This document shows, one piece after another, positions 1 through 10,539 of a stretch of 64,000 bases of DNA (position 1 is the stretch's first letter; each line of letters begins with the position of its first letter). Position numbers and translations under genes: made by a program. The notes beneath the pieces were generated by a model. It worked only from the letters and a program-made list of their open reading frames with translations, was not told the DNA's origin and ran no database searches. This DNA comes from an uncultured Thermoleophilia bacterium (GTDB lineage Bacteria; Actinomycetota; Thermoleophilia; UBA2241). The stretch lies in NCBI GenBank assembly GCA_963709845.1, contig CAVPXV010000005.1, positions 439,032 through 503,031 of the forward strand. Reading direction: 5' to 3'.

Positions 1-1
1 G

Positions 2-1849
2 GCGGCCGGCAAAGCGGCGCGCAGCCAGGCCGGGGCGCTCGGCGCGCGCCGCCGCGACGCCGCCGCCACGCGTGTCGTCGAGCTCGACGAGTCGCGCACG
101 CGCGACGCGTCGGACCTCATGCGCACGTCGCTGACGCCGGCCATGGAGTACGGCCCGGCGGTGAGCACGCACACGCCGCGCCTCGTGGACGGCGAGGCGG
201 CCGCCCCGGAGATCTTCGGCGTGCCGTCGCCGCGGCCGTCGGCGCGGCCGCCCGAGCCGGTGGACGCCGCCGACGACGGCGAGCAGCTCTCGCTGGCGCA
301 GGCGGCGGCCGCAGTCCCCGGTGGGGAAGAGGTGGCGCTGGCCTTCGAAGACGCCGAGAAGCGCCACTGGGTGCTACCGGACCCGGGCGTGCTGGAACGG
401 CTCGGGGAGGGCAAGGGCGAGACCGCCGAGACCATCGGGGCGGTCTCGCGACACCTGGTCGAGACGCTCGGCCACTTCGGCATCGAGGCGCACATCATCG
501 GCACCGTCTCGGGGCCTCGCGTGACCCGCTACGAGCTGCAACTGGCGCCGGGCATCAAGGTGAGTCGCGTCTCCGGCCTCAAGGACGACATCGCCTACGC
601 GCTGGCCGCTACCGACGTACGCGTCCAGGCGCCGATCCCGGGCAAGACGGCCGTCGGCGTCGAGGTGCCCAACATCCAGGCCAACTACGTGTCGCTGGGG
701 GACATCCACGGCCTCTTCCCGCCGCACGCCTCGCCCATGGCCTTCTGGCTGGGCAAGGACGTCACCGGCAAGGCGGTCCTCGCCGACCTCGTGAAGATGG
801 TGCACCTGCTCATCGCCGGCACCACCGGCTCGGGCAAGAGCGGCTGCCTGAACGCCCTCATCAGCTCGATCCTGCTGCGCGCCACGCCGGACCAGGTGCG
901 CATGATCATGATCGACCCCAAGAAGGTGGAGCTCTCCAACTTCGACGGCATCCCGCACCTGCTGGCGCCGGTCGTCACCAACATGAAGCAGGCCACCTAC
1001 GTGCTCGACAACATCTGCCGCGAGATGGACAGGCGCTACGACGTGCTCTCGCGCAACGGCTGCCAGGACATCCGCGCGCTCAACAAGAAGCTCGTGCGCG
1101 CCGGCGAGGAGCCGATGCCCTACATCATGGTGATCGTCGACGAGCTGGCCGACCTCATGATGGTCGCGCCCAGCGAAGTCGAGGACTCCATCATCCGGCT
1201 CGGCCAGCTGGGCCGCAGCTCGGGCGTGCACCTCGTGGTCGCCACGCAGCGGCCCTCGGTCGACGTCGTCACCGGGATGATCAAGACCAACATCCCCTCG
1301 CGCATCGCCTTCGCGGTGTCGTCGCAGACCGACTCGCGCATCATCCTCGACCAGGGCGGCGCCGAGAGCCTGCTCGGCATGGGCGACATGCTCTTCAGCC
1401 CGATGGGCAGCAACCGCCTGCTGCGCGTACAGGGCGCGCTGATCACCGCGCACGAGATGCGCCTGCTCACCGGGCACTGGCGGCGCCAGGCCAAGCCGGA
1501 CTTCCGCGAGGATCTCCTCGAGAACCCATCCGGACCCGATGCCGACCAGTCGCAGGCGGCGGCCGGGGGCGACGAGCTCCTTGGCGAGGCCATCAAGACC
1601 GTCGTGAACACCGGCGCCGCCTCCGTCGCCCTGCTGCAGCGCCGCCTGCGCGTGGGCTACGCGCGTGCCGGCCGGCTCATCGACATCATGGAGGAGATGG
1701 GGATCATCTCCGGCTATGACGGCAGCAAGGCGCGCGCCGTGCTCATCGACGAGGAACAGCTGCCGGCGACGCTGGCGCGGCTCGCGGGGGGCGAGCCACT
1801 GCTCGGCGCCGGGGAGGAGCCCGAGCCAGAAGACGTCGCGGGCTCCTGA
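2..1849 (+). CDS. ftsK: DNA translocase FtsK/SpoIIIE, motor + gamma domain (5' end outside window)
   Basis: Walker A GTTGSGKS and Walker B VIVDELADLM in ORF 119..1849. C-terminal winged-helix gamma domain (LLQRRLRVGYARAGRLIDIMEEMGII). Frame is open back to nt 2 with no stop, so the gene starts upstream of the window. Confidence 0.9.
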   Translation, partial: AAGKAARSQAGALGARRRDAAATRVVELDESRTRDASDLMRTSLTPAMEYGPAVSTHTPRLVDGEAAAPEIFGVPSPRPSARPPEPVDAADDGEQLSLAQAAAAVPGGEEVALAFEDAEKRHWVLPDPGVLERLGEGKGETAETIGAVSRHLVETLGHFGIEAHIIGTVSGPRVTRYELQLAPGIKVSRVSGLKDDIAYALAATDVRVQAPIPGKTAVGVEVPNIQANYVSLGDIHGLFPPHASPMAFWLGKDVTGKAVLADLVKMVHLLIAGTTGSGKSGCLNALISSILLRATPDQVRMIMIDPKKVELSNFDGIPHLLAPVVTNMKQATYVLDNICREMDRRYDVLSRNGCQDIRALNKKLVRAGEEPMPYIMVIVDELADLMMVAPSEVEDSIIRLGQLGRSSGVHLVVATQRPSVDVVTGMIKTNIPSRIAFAVSSQTDSRIILDQGGAESLLGMGDMLFSPMGSNRLLRVQGALITAHEMRLLTGHWRRQAKPDFREDLLENPSGPDADQSQAAAGGDELLGEAIKTVVNTGAASVALLQRRLRVGYARAGRLIDIMEEMGIISGYDGSKARAVLIDEEQLPATLARLAGGEPLLGAGEEPEPEDVAGS

Positions 1850-1959
1850 TCGCCGGGGCCGGGCGCGCCGCTCAGTTGTCTTAGCCTCAGCCGCTTACTA
1901 GACTGGACGATCGGATGCCCTGACCGGGGCCGGCGCCGACCGAGGAGACCTCACCCGCC

Positions 1960-2703
1960 GTGTTCGAGATAGGCAACACGCTGCGCGAGGCACGCGTACG
2001 GCGCAACCTCACGCTCCAGCAGGTCGAGGAGGACACGAAGATCCGTGTCAAGTACGTCCAGGCCATGGAGAACGAGGACTTCGACGTCATGCCCGGAGAC
2101 ACGTACGTCAAGGGCTTCCTGCGCACCTACGCGACGTATCTGGGTCTGGACCCCGCGCTCATCATCGATGAGTACCGCTCGCGCACCGGGGGCGCGCCCG
2201 TGCGCCTGGAGCCTTTCGGGGGCACCTCGACGCTCGGCAAGCCGCACAGCCACCGGGGTCGCAACACGCTCGCATTCGTCGCCGTCATCTGCCTGCTCGT
2301 GCTGGCTGTGATCTGGATCCTGGGATCTCACGGTGGCCAGCCGAAGACCCCGGTGACCAAGCCGAGCGCGCTCGGCATCCAGAGCGGGTCGCCCTCGCCG
2401 ACGGCGTCGCCCACCAGGTCGGCCACGCCGGCGCCCGTGCTGGCCAACGTCCTCAAGGTCGCCGCCGTCAACGGTGACTGCTGGGTCCAGGTGAAACGCG
2501 GCTCCGCCCAGGGAACGACCCTCTACACCGGGACGATCACCAAGGGACAGGCGAAGCGGTTCAAGGGCGCGACGCTCTGGATGCGGCTGGGCAGCCCCAC
2601 GATGGTCAAGCTGACTGTCGCGGGTAGACCCCAGCCGCCGCTGACCGGCGCCAACCCGGCCGACTACATCGTGAGCCACGGAAAGGTGAAGAGGACGACC
2701 TGA
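1960..2703 (+). CDS. RodZ-like cytoskeleton protein (N-terminal XRE-type HTH, TM segment, Ser/Pro-rich linker, DUF4115-like C-terminus)
   Basis: GTG start. N-terminus LREARVRRNLTLQQVEEDTKIRVKYVQAMENEDFD is typical of RodZ. Hydrophobic stretch LAFVAVICLLVLAVIWIL, then Pro/Ser/Thr linker and a beta-rich C-terminal domain. Confidence 0.7.
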   Translation: MFEIGNTLREARVRRNLTLQQVEEDTKIRVKYVQAMENEDFDVMPGDTYVKGFLRTYATYLGLDPALIIDEYRSRTGGAPVRLEPFGGTSTLGKPHSHRGRNTLAFVAVICLLVLAVIWILGSHGGQPKTPVTKPSALGIQSGSPSPTASPTRSATPAPVLANVLKVAAVNGDCWVQVKRGSAQGTTLYTGTITKGQAKRFKGATLWMRLGSPTMVKLTVAGRPQPPLTGANPADYIVSHGKVKRTT

Positions 2704-2704
2704 C

Positions 2705-3196
2705 ATGAGCAAGGAATCGTCGTTCGACATCGTCTCCCGGGCGGACCTCAACGAGGTGCGCAACGCGGTCAACATGACGCAGAAGGAGATCGCCACCAGG
2801 TACGACTTCAAGAAGAGCGCCAGCGCCGTGACGCTGGAGGGCGACGCCCTCGTGCTCGTCTCCGACAACGAGGGCAAGCTCAAGCAGGTCGTCGACGTCC
2901 TCGAGGACAAGCTGGTGCGCCGCAAGGTGCCGCTCAAGGCCCTGCAGTACGGCCGGATCGAGGAGGCACTGGGGGGCACGGTGCGCCAGCGCGTACCGAT
3001 CGCCCAGGGCATCCCCGATGAGAAGGCGAAGGCGATGAACAAGCTCCTGCGCCAGCGCTTCAAGAAGGTGAAGGTGCAGATCCAGGGCGACACCGTGCGC
3101 GTGTTCTCGTCGAGCAAAGACGAGCTCCAGGCCGCGATGGCGGCGCTGCGCGAAGAGGACTGGGGCATCCCCCTTCAGTTCGTCAACTATCGCTGA
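2705..3196 (+). CDS. yajQ: YajQ/UPF0234 family nucleotide-binding protein
   Basis: 163 aa with MSKESSFDIVSRADLNEV...DALVLVSDNEGKLKQV...GDTVRVFSSSKDELQ. Full-length match to the DUF520/YajQ fold pattern. Confidence 0.85.
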   Translation: MSKESSFDIVSRADLNEVRNAVNMTQKEIATRYDFKKSASAVTLEGDALVLVSDNEGKLKQVVDVLEDKLVRRKVPLKALQYGRIEEALGGTVRQRVPIAQGIPDEKAKAMNKLLRQRFKKVKVQIQGDTVRVFSSSKDELQAAMAALREEDWGIPLQFVNYR

Positions 3197-3197
3197 G

Positions 3198-4493
3198 GCG
3201 GCCACGGGCGCCGGGTTCTTCATCCAGACGCTCGGGTGCCCGAAGAACGAGGCGGACTCGGACGCGCTGGCGCGCCGGCTGCGTGCCGCCGGTCACCGGT
3301 CGGTCTCGCCGGCGGCGGCGTCCCTCGTCGTCGTCAACACCTGTGGCTTCATCGACGCCGCCAAGGAAGAGTCTATCGCCGCGATCCTCGAGGCCTCGGA
3401 GTACGCCCACGCGCGCGGCGCGAAGGTCGCCGTCGTCGGCTGCCTCGTGGAGCGCTACCGCGAACAGCTCGCGGCGGAGCTCCCCGAAGTCGACGTCTGG
3501 TGCGGTCTCGACTGGAGTCCGCTGCTCGCCCAGCTGGGGGCCGAGAGCGGCGAGGCGGCGCCCGGCGCCGTTGCCGTGCCGCGCCGCCCGCGCCCGGTGA
3601 GCGCGTTCATCAAGATCTCCGACGGCTGCGACCGGCGCTGCGCCTACTGCGCTATCCCGCTGATCAAAGGCGAGTACGAGACCGTGCCCGCGGTCGAGAT
3701 CGTCCGCGCCTCGCGCGCGGCCCTCGCCGCCGGCGCCCTCGAGCTGGTCCTCGTCGGCCAGGACACCTCACGCTGGGTGCAGCCCGGATGGGGCGGGCTC
3801 GGGCGCCTCCTCGCGGAGCTGACGGCGCTCGCGCCCGCCCCGGCGTGGCTGCGTCTCCTCTACCTGCAGCCGGACGGCGTCGATGACGGCCTTCTGGAGG
3901 CCCTGGGGCGCTACGCGACGCCCTACCTCGACATCCCCCTGCAGCACGCCTCTGGCGGCGTCCTGAGGCGCATGGGACGCGGCGGGGACGGCGCCGCCCA
4001 CCTCAGCCTTCTCTCACGCGTGCGGCGGGCGCTGCCGGGCGCGGCCGTGCGTTCGACGTTCATCACCGGCTTCCCCGGCGAGAGCGAGGAAGACGTGGAC
4101 GAGCTCGTGGCCTTCGTGCGCGCCGCCGGACTGAGCGCGGCCGGCGTCTTCGCCTTCGACGCGCAGGAGGGGACGCCGGCGGCGCGCCTGCCGGGCCAGG
4201 TGTGGCCGGAGGTGGCCTCTGAGCGCGCCGCCCGCGTCGGGCAGGCGATCGACGAGGTCGCCGAGGGCTTCTGGGCGGGGCTCATCGGGTGCGAGATCGA
4301 CGTCCTCGTCGAGCGCGGCACCTCGCGCGCGGACGGCGTGGCCGTGGGGCGCTGCGCCCTGCAGGCGCCGGACATCGACGGGCGCGTGCTGCTTGCCGGC
4401 GCCCCCATGCGCCGTGGACAGCTCGTGCGCGCGTCCGTGACCGGGAGCGTCGGGTATGATGTCGAGGCCGTAGCCGGGAGCACGAAGCCGTGA
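3198..4493 (+). CDS. rimO: Ribosomal protein S12 methylthiotransferase RimO (radical SAM MTTase with C-terminal TRAM); start codon unclear
   Basis: Conserved N-terminus FIQTLGCPKNEADSDAL...VVNTCGFI lies in frame upstream of the ORF-track start 3447. Radical SAM CDRRCAYC and a C-terminal TRAM domain are present. There is no ATG/GTG/TTG in frame between the yajQ stop and the conserved N-terminus. Confidence 0.8.
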   Translation, partial: AATGAGFFIQTLGCPKNEADSDALARRLRAAGHRSVSPAAASLVVVNTCGFIDAAKEESIAAILEASEYAHARGAKVAVVGCLVERYREQLAAELPEVDVWCGLDWSPLLAQLGAESGEAAPGAVAVPRRPRPVSAFIKISDGCDRRCAYCAIPLIKGEYETVPAVEIVRASRAALAAGALELVLVGQDTSRWVQPGWGGLGRLLAELTALAPAPAWLRLLYLQPDGVDDGLLEALGRYATPYLDIPLQHASGGVLRRMGRGGDGAAHLSLLSRVRRALPGAAVRSTFITGFPGESEEDVDELVAFVRAAGLSAAGVFAFDAQEGTPAARLPGQVWPEVASERAARVGQAIDEVAEGFWAGLIGCEIDVLVERGTSRADGVAVGRCALQAPDIDGRVLLAGAPMRRGQLVRASVTGSVGYDVEAVAGSTKP

Positions 4494-5083
4494 GCAGCCA
4501 GCTGAACCTCGCCAACGCCATCACCATCGCGCGGATCCTGCTCATCCCGGTGTTCCTGGTGCTGCTGCTGTCGGGCATCCCCGAGCCCTACGGGGACATC
4601 GCCGCCGCCGCCGTGTTCATACTGGCGGCGGCCACCGACAAGCTGGACGGCTACGTGGCGCGCCGCAGTAAGCAGATCACCACCCTAGGCCAGTTCCTCG
4701 ATCCGCTCGCCGACAAGCTCCTGATCGCGGCGGCGCTCATCGCCCTCGTCAGCCAGGGGAGGGTGGCGGCCTGGGTCGCCACGCTCATCATCGTCCGCGA
4801 GATCGCCGTCAGCGTCCTGCGCATCGTCGGCGTCTCGCAGGGCGTGTCGATCCCCGCCGACAAGTACGGCAAGCTCAAGACCGTCCTCCAGATCGTCTAC
4901 ATCGTGTACATCCTCGTGCCCACGGAACAGATCGCGCGCTTCATCCACGTGTCCACCGACGTCGCCATCGTGATCCAGTGGGTCCTCGCCGCGGTGGTGG
5001 TGGTGGTCACGCTCGCCAGCGGCGTGCGCTACTTCCTCAACGCCCGCGGCGTGATCCGCATGCCGGGCAGCGTGCCGCGATGA
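4490..5083 (+). CDS. pgsA: CDP-diacylglycerol--glycerol-3-phosphate 3-phosphatidyltransferase
   Basis: CDP-alcohol phosphatidyltransferase signature DKLDGYVARR...GQFLDPLADKLL with multi-TM hydrophobicity. Start overlaps the rimO stop. Confidence 0.85.
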   Translation: MSSQLNLANAITIARILLIPVFLVLLLSGIPEPYGDIAAAAVFILAAATDKLDGYVARRSKQITTLGQFLDPLADKLLIAAALIALVSQGRVAAWVATLIIVREIAVSVLRIVGVSQGVSIPADKYGKLKTVLQIVYIVYILVPTEQIARFIHVSTDVAIVIQWVLAAVVVVVTLASGVRYFLNARGVIRMPGSVPR

Positions 5084-6330
5084 ACCCGCGGGCGCCGCGG
5101 GCGGCCGTCGTGCTGAGCGGCAACGAGCTGCTCGACGGCCGCACGCAGGACACCAACGGCGCCTTCGTGAGCGCCGACCTCAGCGGCCGCGGCGCCAAAG
5201 TCACCAGCGTGCTCACGGTGGCGGACGACGCCGAGCGGCTCACGGCGGCGCTGCGCTTCTCCCTCGCCGCCGAACCCGATCTCCTCGTCGTCGGCGGCGG
5301 CCTGGGCACGACGCACGACGATCTCACCGCCGCCTGTCTGGCTACGGCGCTGGGGGCGGGCCTCGAAGAGCACGCCGAGGCGCTGCGCATGGTGGAGGAG
5401 CGCGTGCGCGTCGTCGCCGAGCGACGGCACCTGGACTTCGACGAGGTCTTCTCCCTCGCCCGCCGCCAAGCCCTGTTGCCGGCCGGGGCGGCGCCCGTGC
5501 CCCCGGCCGGCGTCGCCCCCGGGATCGCCGCGAGGCGCGGCCCCACTCGCATCTACGCCTTCCCCGGCGTGCCCTGGGAGTTCGAGGCCATGTGGGCGGC
5601 GGTCGCCGCGGGTCTCGCAGCCGCGGACTTCTTCCCCGACGCGGTCGTGCGCGTGGTGCGCGTCTTCGGCGTCGGCGAGCTGCAGGTGGGCCCGCTGCTG
5701 GAGCCGTTGCCGCGTGACCTCCTGGAGACGGGGATCAACGTGGGCAGGGGAGAGGTGACCGTCCGCCTGCGCTACCTGCGCGACGAGGCATCGGCGGCGC
5801 AGGCCGACGCCGTGGTCGCGGCGCTGCGCGCCGGGGCGCCGGTGTTCAGCAGCGACGGGCGCACGGTGGACGAGATGGTCGCCGATCTGCTGCGCGCCCG
5901 CGGCGAGACGGTGGCGCTGGCGGAATCGTGCACCGGCGGCATGCTCAGCGCCCGTCTCACCGAGCGTCCCGGCAGCTCGGACTACGTGCTCGGCGGGGTC
6001 GTCAGCTACGCCGACGCGGTCAAGACGAGCCTGCTGGGCGTGCCGCCGGCGTTGCTCGCCGGGTATGGCGCCGTGTCGGAGCAGGTCGCCGCCGCCATGG
6101 CCGAAGGCGCGCGCGAGGCCACCGGGGCGGATCACGCCCTCAGCGTCACCGGCATCGCCGGCCCGGACGGGGGATCGCCCGAGAAGCCGGTCGGCCTCGT
6201 CTACCTAGGCTGCTCCTCGGCGACCGGCACGAGAGTCGTGCGCGGGTCGTTCCCGGGCGACCGCGCGACCGTGCGCGAGTTCAGCGTCACCGCCGCGCTG
6301 CATCTGCTGCTCGCCGCGCTGACGCGATGA
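5080..6330 (+). CDS. cinA: Competence/damage-inducible protein CinA (MoCF-binding domain + C-terminal PncC-like amidase domain)
   Basis: MNPRAPRAAVVLSGNELLDGRTQDTNG N-terminus and C-terminal LAESCTGGMLSARLT CinA motif. ATG overlaps the pgsA stop (ATGA). Confidence 0.85.
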   Translation: MNPRAPRAAVVLSGNELLDGRTQDTNGAFVSADLSGRGAKVTSVLTVADDAERLTAALRFSLAAEPDLLVVGGGLGTTHDDLTAACLATALGAGLEEHAEALRMVEERVRVVAERRHLDFDEVFSLARRQALLPAGAAPVPPAGVAPGIAARRGPTRIYAFPGVPWEFEAMWAAVAAGLAAADFFPDAVVRVVRVFGVGELQVGPLLEPLPRDLLETGINVGRGEVTVRLRYLRDEASAAQADAVVAALRAGAPVFSSDGRTVDEMVADLLRARGETVALAESCTGGMLSARLTERPGSSDYVLGGVVSYADAVKTSLLGVPPALLAGYGAVSEQVAAAMAEGAREATGADHALSVTGIAGPDGGSPEKPVGLVYLGCSSATGTRVVRGSFPGDRATVREFSVTAALHLLLAALTR

Positions 6331-6881
6331 GCGCCCGCGGGCAGGCCGCGACGCTTCGCCTGTTCGTGGCCTGCGAGCTTCCCGCCGAGGTCGTCCGCGG
6401 CATCTCGGCTTGGCAGCGCACGGCGCTCGCCGGCCGCCCCGACGTGCGCGCCAATCACGCGCTGCACCTCACCCTGGTCTTCCTCGGCAGCCTGCCGGAG
6501 GAGCGCGTCCCCGAGATCGGCGCCGTGCTTGCGGCGATCCCTTTCCCGGCGGCGTCCGTCAGCGTCGAGGCGCCGGCCTTCCTGCCGGCGCGCGGCCTCA
6601 AGCGCGTGGTCGTTCTGCCGCTGCGCGAGAGCGGGGGAGAGCTGGCCGCCCTGCAGACGCGCGTCGGCGACGGGCTCGCGCGCGCCGGCCTGTACTCACC
6701 CTCGGCGCGCCCGTGGCTGCCACACGTCACGGTGGCCCGATTCCGCCGTCCGGGTCACCCGTTTCCCCTGCAAAACGTGAACATTCCGCGGTTTGGTGTC
6801 GTCCGGATGGTCTTGTATAGTAGCCTCCTGGAGCGGGCAGGCGCCGTGCACACCCCCCTGGCAGACTTCCACGCGTCCTGA
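6327..6881 (+). CDS. thpR: RNA 2',3'-cyclic phosphodiesterase (2H family, LigT/ThpR)
   Basis: Two H-x-T-x motifs (HLTLVFLG and HVTVARF) at the expected spacing. ATG overlaps the cinA stop. Confidence 0.8.
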   Translation: MSARGQAATLRLFVACELPAEVVRGISAWQRTALAGRPDVRANHALHLTLVFLGSLPEERVPEIGAVLAAIPFPAASVSVEAPAFLPARGLKRVVVLPLRESGGELAALQTRVGDGLARAGLYSPSARPWLPHVTVARFRRPGHPFPLQNVNIPRFGVVRMVLYSSLLERAGAVHTPLADFHAS

Positions 6882-6900
6882 GCGAGAGAGGAGCGCTACG

Positions 6901-7977
6901 TTGGACAAGGACAAAGCCCTCGAGGCGGCCGTCACGCAGATCGAGCGACAGTTCGGCAAGGGCAGCGTCATGCGTCTCGGCGACCACCCCGTGAGCGACG
7001 ACATGCTGTTCGTGCCGACGGGGTCTCTCGCGCTCGACATCGCCCTCGGCGTCGGCGGCATCCCGCGGGGCCGCATCATCGAGATCTACGGCCCCGAGTC
7101 GTCGGGCAAGACGACGATGGTCTATCACCTCATCGCCGAGGCCCAGCGTCTCGGTGGCCAGGCTGCGTTCATCGACGCCGAACACGCCATGGACCCCATC
7201 TACGCCAAAGCCATCGGCGTCGATGTGGACAATCTGCTGGTGTCGCAGCCCGACTACGGCGAGCAGGCGCTCGAGATCGCCGAGATGCTGGTGCGCAGCG
7301 GCGCGCTCGACATCGTCGCCATCGACTCCGTGGCGGCGCTCACCCCGAAGGCCGAGATCGAGGGGGAGATGGGCGACAGCTTCGTCGGCCTGCAGGCCCG
7401 ACTCATGAGCCAGGCACTGCGCAAGCTGGCGGGCTCGCTGAACCGTTCGGGCACCATCTGCTGCTTCACCAACCAGCTGCGCGAGAAGATCGGCGTGATG
7501 TTCGGCAACCCCGAAGTCACGACCGGTGGTAAAGCGCTCAAGTTCTACGCCACCATCCGCCTCGACATCCGCCGCATCGAGACGCTCAAGGACGGCACCG
7601 AGGCGGTCGGCAACCGCGTCCGCGTCAAGGTCGTCAAGAACAAGGTCGCGCCGCCGTTCAAGCAGGCGGAGTTCGACATCATGTACGGGCAGGGCATCTC
7701 GCGCGAGGGCACCCTGCTCGACCTCGGCGTGCTCCACGACGTCGTCGCCAAGAGCGGCGCCTTCTTCAGCTACAACGACGAGCGCCTCGGGCAGGGCCGC
7801 GCCAACGCCAAGGTGTTCCTCAAGGACAATCCGGACATCGCCGACGCCATCGAGGCCCAGATCCGCGAGAAGGCCGGGTTGCCGGTCGCGGCCGCCCCGG
7901 CCCCCGGCGCCGCTCCCGTGGAGCCGGCCGTGGCGGTGCCGGCGGGCGTCGATCCGGTCACCGGCGAGGTCCTCTAG
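6901..7977 (+). CDS. recA: Recombinase RecA
   Basis: [29 protein letters not shown]-terminus, Walker [10 protein letters not shown] and the full RecA core. TTG start preceded by GAGAGAGGAG. Confidence 0.95.
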   Translation: MDKDKALEAAVTQIERQFGKGSVMRLGDHPVSDDMLFVPTGSLALDIALGVGGIPRGRIIEIYGPESSGKTTMVYHLIAEAQRLGGQAAFIDAEHAMDPIYAKAIGVDVDNLLVSQPDYGEQALEIAEMLVRSGALDIVAIDSVAALTPKAEIEGEMGDSFVGLQARLMSQALRKLAGSLNRSGTICCFTNQLREKIGVMFGNPEVTTGGKALKFYATIRLDIRRIETLKDGTEAVGNRVRVKVVKNKVAPPFKQAEFDIMYGQGISREGTLLDLGVLHDVVAKSGAFFSYNDERLGQGRANAKVFLKDNPDIADAIEAQIREKAGLPVAAAPAPGAAPVEPAVAVPAGVDPVTGEVL

Positions 7978-7987
7978 AGGCCGGCCC

Positions 7988-8638
7988 GTGCCCGTCGTCA
8001 CCGCCCTGCGCGCCACGCGCCGGGGAGCGGTGGCGCTGCACGTCGACGGCGAGTATGTCTGCGTCATCGGCGAGGCGTTCGTGGCGCGCTGGCGCCTCTT
8101 CAAGGGGCGCGAGCTCGCCGCCGAGGACGTGGCCGCCATCCGCCGGCAGTCCTCCGCCGAGCGGGTCCTCGGCGACGCCTACCGGCTCCTCGGCCACCGG
8201 GCCCGGAGCCGTGCCGAGCTCCGGCGCCGCCTGCTGCAGAAGGAGCACGAGGAGAGCGTGGTCGACGAGGCCGTGGCGCGGCTCGTCGCCGAAGGCCTCC
8301 TCGACGACGCGCAGTTCGCGCGCAGCTACGTGGCCGACAAGCGTGCCCTGAGCGGCTGGGGCGAGCAGCGCATCCGCCGCGGGCTGGCCGAGCTGGGCGT
8401 CGACGCCGCCTCCGCCGACGCCGCCCTCGGCGCGGCCACGGAGGCGTCGGGCGACGAAGAGCTCGAACGCGCGTTGGCGCTGCTGCGCGGCAAGGGCGCG
8501 CCGCGGGCGCCGCTCGAGGCGGCGCGGCGGCGCGCCTACCAGGCGCTCCTGCGCCGCGGCTTCGCCGGCGGCGTGGCCTACGCCGCCGTCCGCCTGTGGA
8601 GCGGCGAGGCACAGGAGAGCGGTGGCGGGCAGGAGTGA
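7988..8638 (+). CDS. recX: Recombination regulator RecX
   Basis: Immediately downstream of recA, in frame with the ORF-track entry 7526..8638. Three-helix-repeat RecX pattern (ALRLLGHRARSRAELRRRL..., YVADKRALSGWGEQRIRRGL). Confidence 0.85.
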   Translation: MPVVTALRATRRGAVALHVDGEYVCVIGEAFVARWRLFKGRELAAEDVAAIRRQSSAERVLGDAYRLLGHRARSRAELRRRLLQKEHEESVVDEAVARLVAEGLLDDAQFARSYVADKRALSGWGEQRIRRGLAELGVDAASADAALGAATEASGDEELERALALLRGKGAPRAPLEAARRRAYQALLRRGFAGGVAYAAVRLWSGEAQESGGGQE

Positions 8639-8678
8639 CGCGGCCGGCGCCGGTGCGCGCGGCGCGCCGGCCGCCGAA

Positions 8679-8708
8679 TTGACTTTGGCGGAGCCAATCG
8701 CCTAACAT
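8679..8708 (+). promoter_or_regulatory. Candidate sigma-70-like promoter upstream of rny (TTGACT-N18-TAACAT)
   Basis: Near-consensus -35 and -10 hexamers sit in the 330-bp recX-rny gap, which is relatively AT-rich for this genome. Confidence 0.3.
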
Positions 8709-8971
8709 CGTCGTGCGCGACGTCTGCGCGTGCTTTGTGTATTTCACTCTCGCTCTTGCATAGCGATACACGCGGCGCTTCGGCGCCGATTGGCTGAGAT
8801 CGGACAGGGGTCGACCATGACAGCTCTGGGAGGTGGCGCCACCGCACACCCGTCCTGACCCCTGGACGCCGACCTAGCTGCAGACCCTGTATCACATGCA
8901 TGTGCGAGCGTGGCACCGGCCGGGCGCGTTGCCCGGCTTTTTGTGTGCCGCGCGACCTGTGAAGGGAATGA

Positions 8972-10513
8972 ATGATGACCGCTGTGTTGGTAGTCCTGAT
9001 CATCGTGGGGTTCGTGGTCGGCATCGGCCTCGGCTATGTGATCCGCCGCAACCTCGCCTCCACCAAGATGGCGAGCGCCGAGCGCGAGGCCGAGAAGCTG
9101 CTCCACGACGCCAAACGCGAGGCCGACGCTACGCTCAAAGAGGCGCGCCTCGAGGCCAAGGAAGAGGTCCACAGGGTCCGAGACGAGGTCGAGGCCGAGC
9201 TTCGCGAGCGGCGCGAGGAGCTGAGCAAGGCGGAGGCCCGGCAGCTGCAGCGCGACGAGCAGCTCGACGCACGCGCCGCCGAGCAGGAGCGCCGCGAGCA
9301 GTCGCTGCGCGACCGCGACGCCACCACGCAGAAGCAGGCCGACGAGGTGCGCCTCGCCCACGAGGAGATCACCATCCAGCTCGAGCGCATCTCAGGCATG
9401 AGCGCCGCCCAGGCCAAGGACATGCTGCTCAAGCAGACGGAGGACGAGGCCCGGCACGAGATGGCCAAGCTCGTGCGCCAGGTGGATGAAGAGGCGCGCC
9501 GCGAGGCCGACCGGCGCGCCAGGAACATCCTCTCGCTCAGCATCCAGCGCACGGCCGCCAATCACGTCGCCGAGACCACCGTCTCCGTGGTCAACCTGCC
9601 CTCGGACGACATGAAGGGTCGCATCATCGGCCGCGAGGGACGCAACATCCGCACCCTCGAGAACACCACCGGCATCGACTTCATCATCGACGACACGCCG
9701 GAGGCGGTGGTGCTCTCCGGATTCGACGGCGTGCGCCGCGAGACCGCCCGCCTCACGCTCACCAAGCTGATCGCCGACGGCCGCATCCACCCGGCACGCA
9801 TCGAGGAGATGTACCTTCAGGCCAAGGCCGAGGTGGAAGCGGCGATGGAAGAGGCCGGCGAGCAGGCCTGCTTCGACACCAACGTGCACGGCGTGGCGCC
9901 CGAGCTCGTCAGGGTCCTCGGGCGCCTCAAGTACCGCACGAGCTACGGCCAGAACGTGCTGAACCACTCGGTCGAGGTCGCGCACCTCGCCGGCGTCATG
10001 GCCGCCGAGCTGGGCGCCAACGTCAAGATCGCCAAGCGCGCCGGCCTCCTGCACGACATCGGCAAGGCGGTCGACCACGAGGTCGACGGCTCACACGCCG
10101 ACATCTCGCAGCAGCTCTGCAAGAAGTACCGCGAGTCGCAGAGCGTCTGCCACGCCATCCAGGCCCACCACCAGGACATCGAGCCGCAGACGGTCGAGGC
10201 CGTGCTGGTGCAGGCCGCCGACGCCATCTCGGCGGCGCGCCCGGGCGCCCGGCGCGAGTCGCTCGAGAACTACGTCAAGCGTCTCGAGTCGCTCGAGCAG
10301 ATCGCCGAGAGCAAGAAGGGCGTGGAGAAGTGCTTCGCCATGCAGGCGGGCCGCGAGGTGCGCGTGATGGTCAAGCCGGGCGAGATCGACGACGACGCCA
10401 CCGCGCTGCTGGCGCACGAGATCGCCAGGGACATCGAGAGCCAGCTCGACTACCCCGGCCAGATCCGCGTCACCGTGATCCGCGAGAGCCGCGCCGTCGA
10501 CATCGCCAAGTAG
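8972..10513 (+). CDS. rny: Ribonuclease Y
   Basis: N-terminal TM helix, coiled-coil, KH domain ([21 protein letters not shown]) and HD domain ([10 protein letters not shown]...LLHDIGK). Confidence 0.9.
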   Translation: MMTAVLVVLIIVGFVVGIGLGYVIRRNLASTKMASAEREAEKLLHDAKREADATLKEARLEAKEEVHRVRDEVEAELRERREELSKAEARQLQRDEQLDARAAEQERREQSLRDRDATTQKQADEVRLAHEEITIQLERISGMSAAQAKDMLLKQTEDEARHEMAKLVRQVDEEARREADRRARNILSLSIQRTAANHVAETTVSVVNLPSDDMKGRIIGREGRNIRTLENTTGIDFIIDDTPEAVVLSGFDGVRRETARLTLTKLIADGRIHPARIEEMYLQAKAEVEAAMEEAGEQACFDTNVHGVAPELVRVLGRLKYRTSYGQNVLNHSVEVAHLAGVMAAELGANVKIAKRAGLLHDIGKAVDHEVDGSHADISQQLCKKYRESQSVCHAIQAHHQDIEPQTVEAVLVQAADAISAARPGARRESLENYVKRLESLEQIAESKKGVEKCFAMQAGREVRVMVKPGEIDDDATALLAHEIARDIESQLDYPGQIRVTVIRESRAVDIAK

Positions 10514-10539
10514 GCGACGGCGCGCGGCGCGCGCATCAG

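Noticed and set aside
5029-8849. Several long - strand ORFs antisense to cinA, thpR, recA and recX (5029..6135, 6727..8139, 8100..8849)
   Set aside because: They lie antisense to strongly conserved genes and are low-complexity Arg/Ala/Gly-rich. GC-rich antisense frames stay open by chance.
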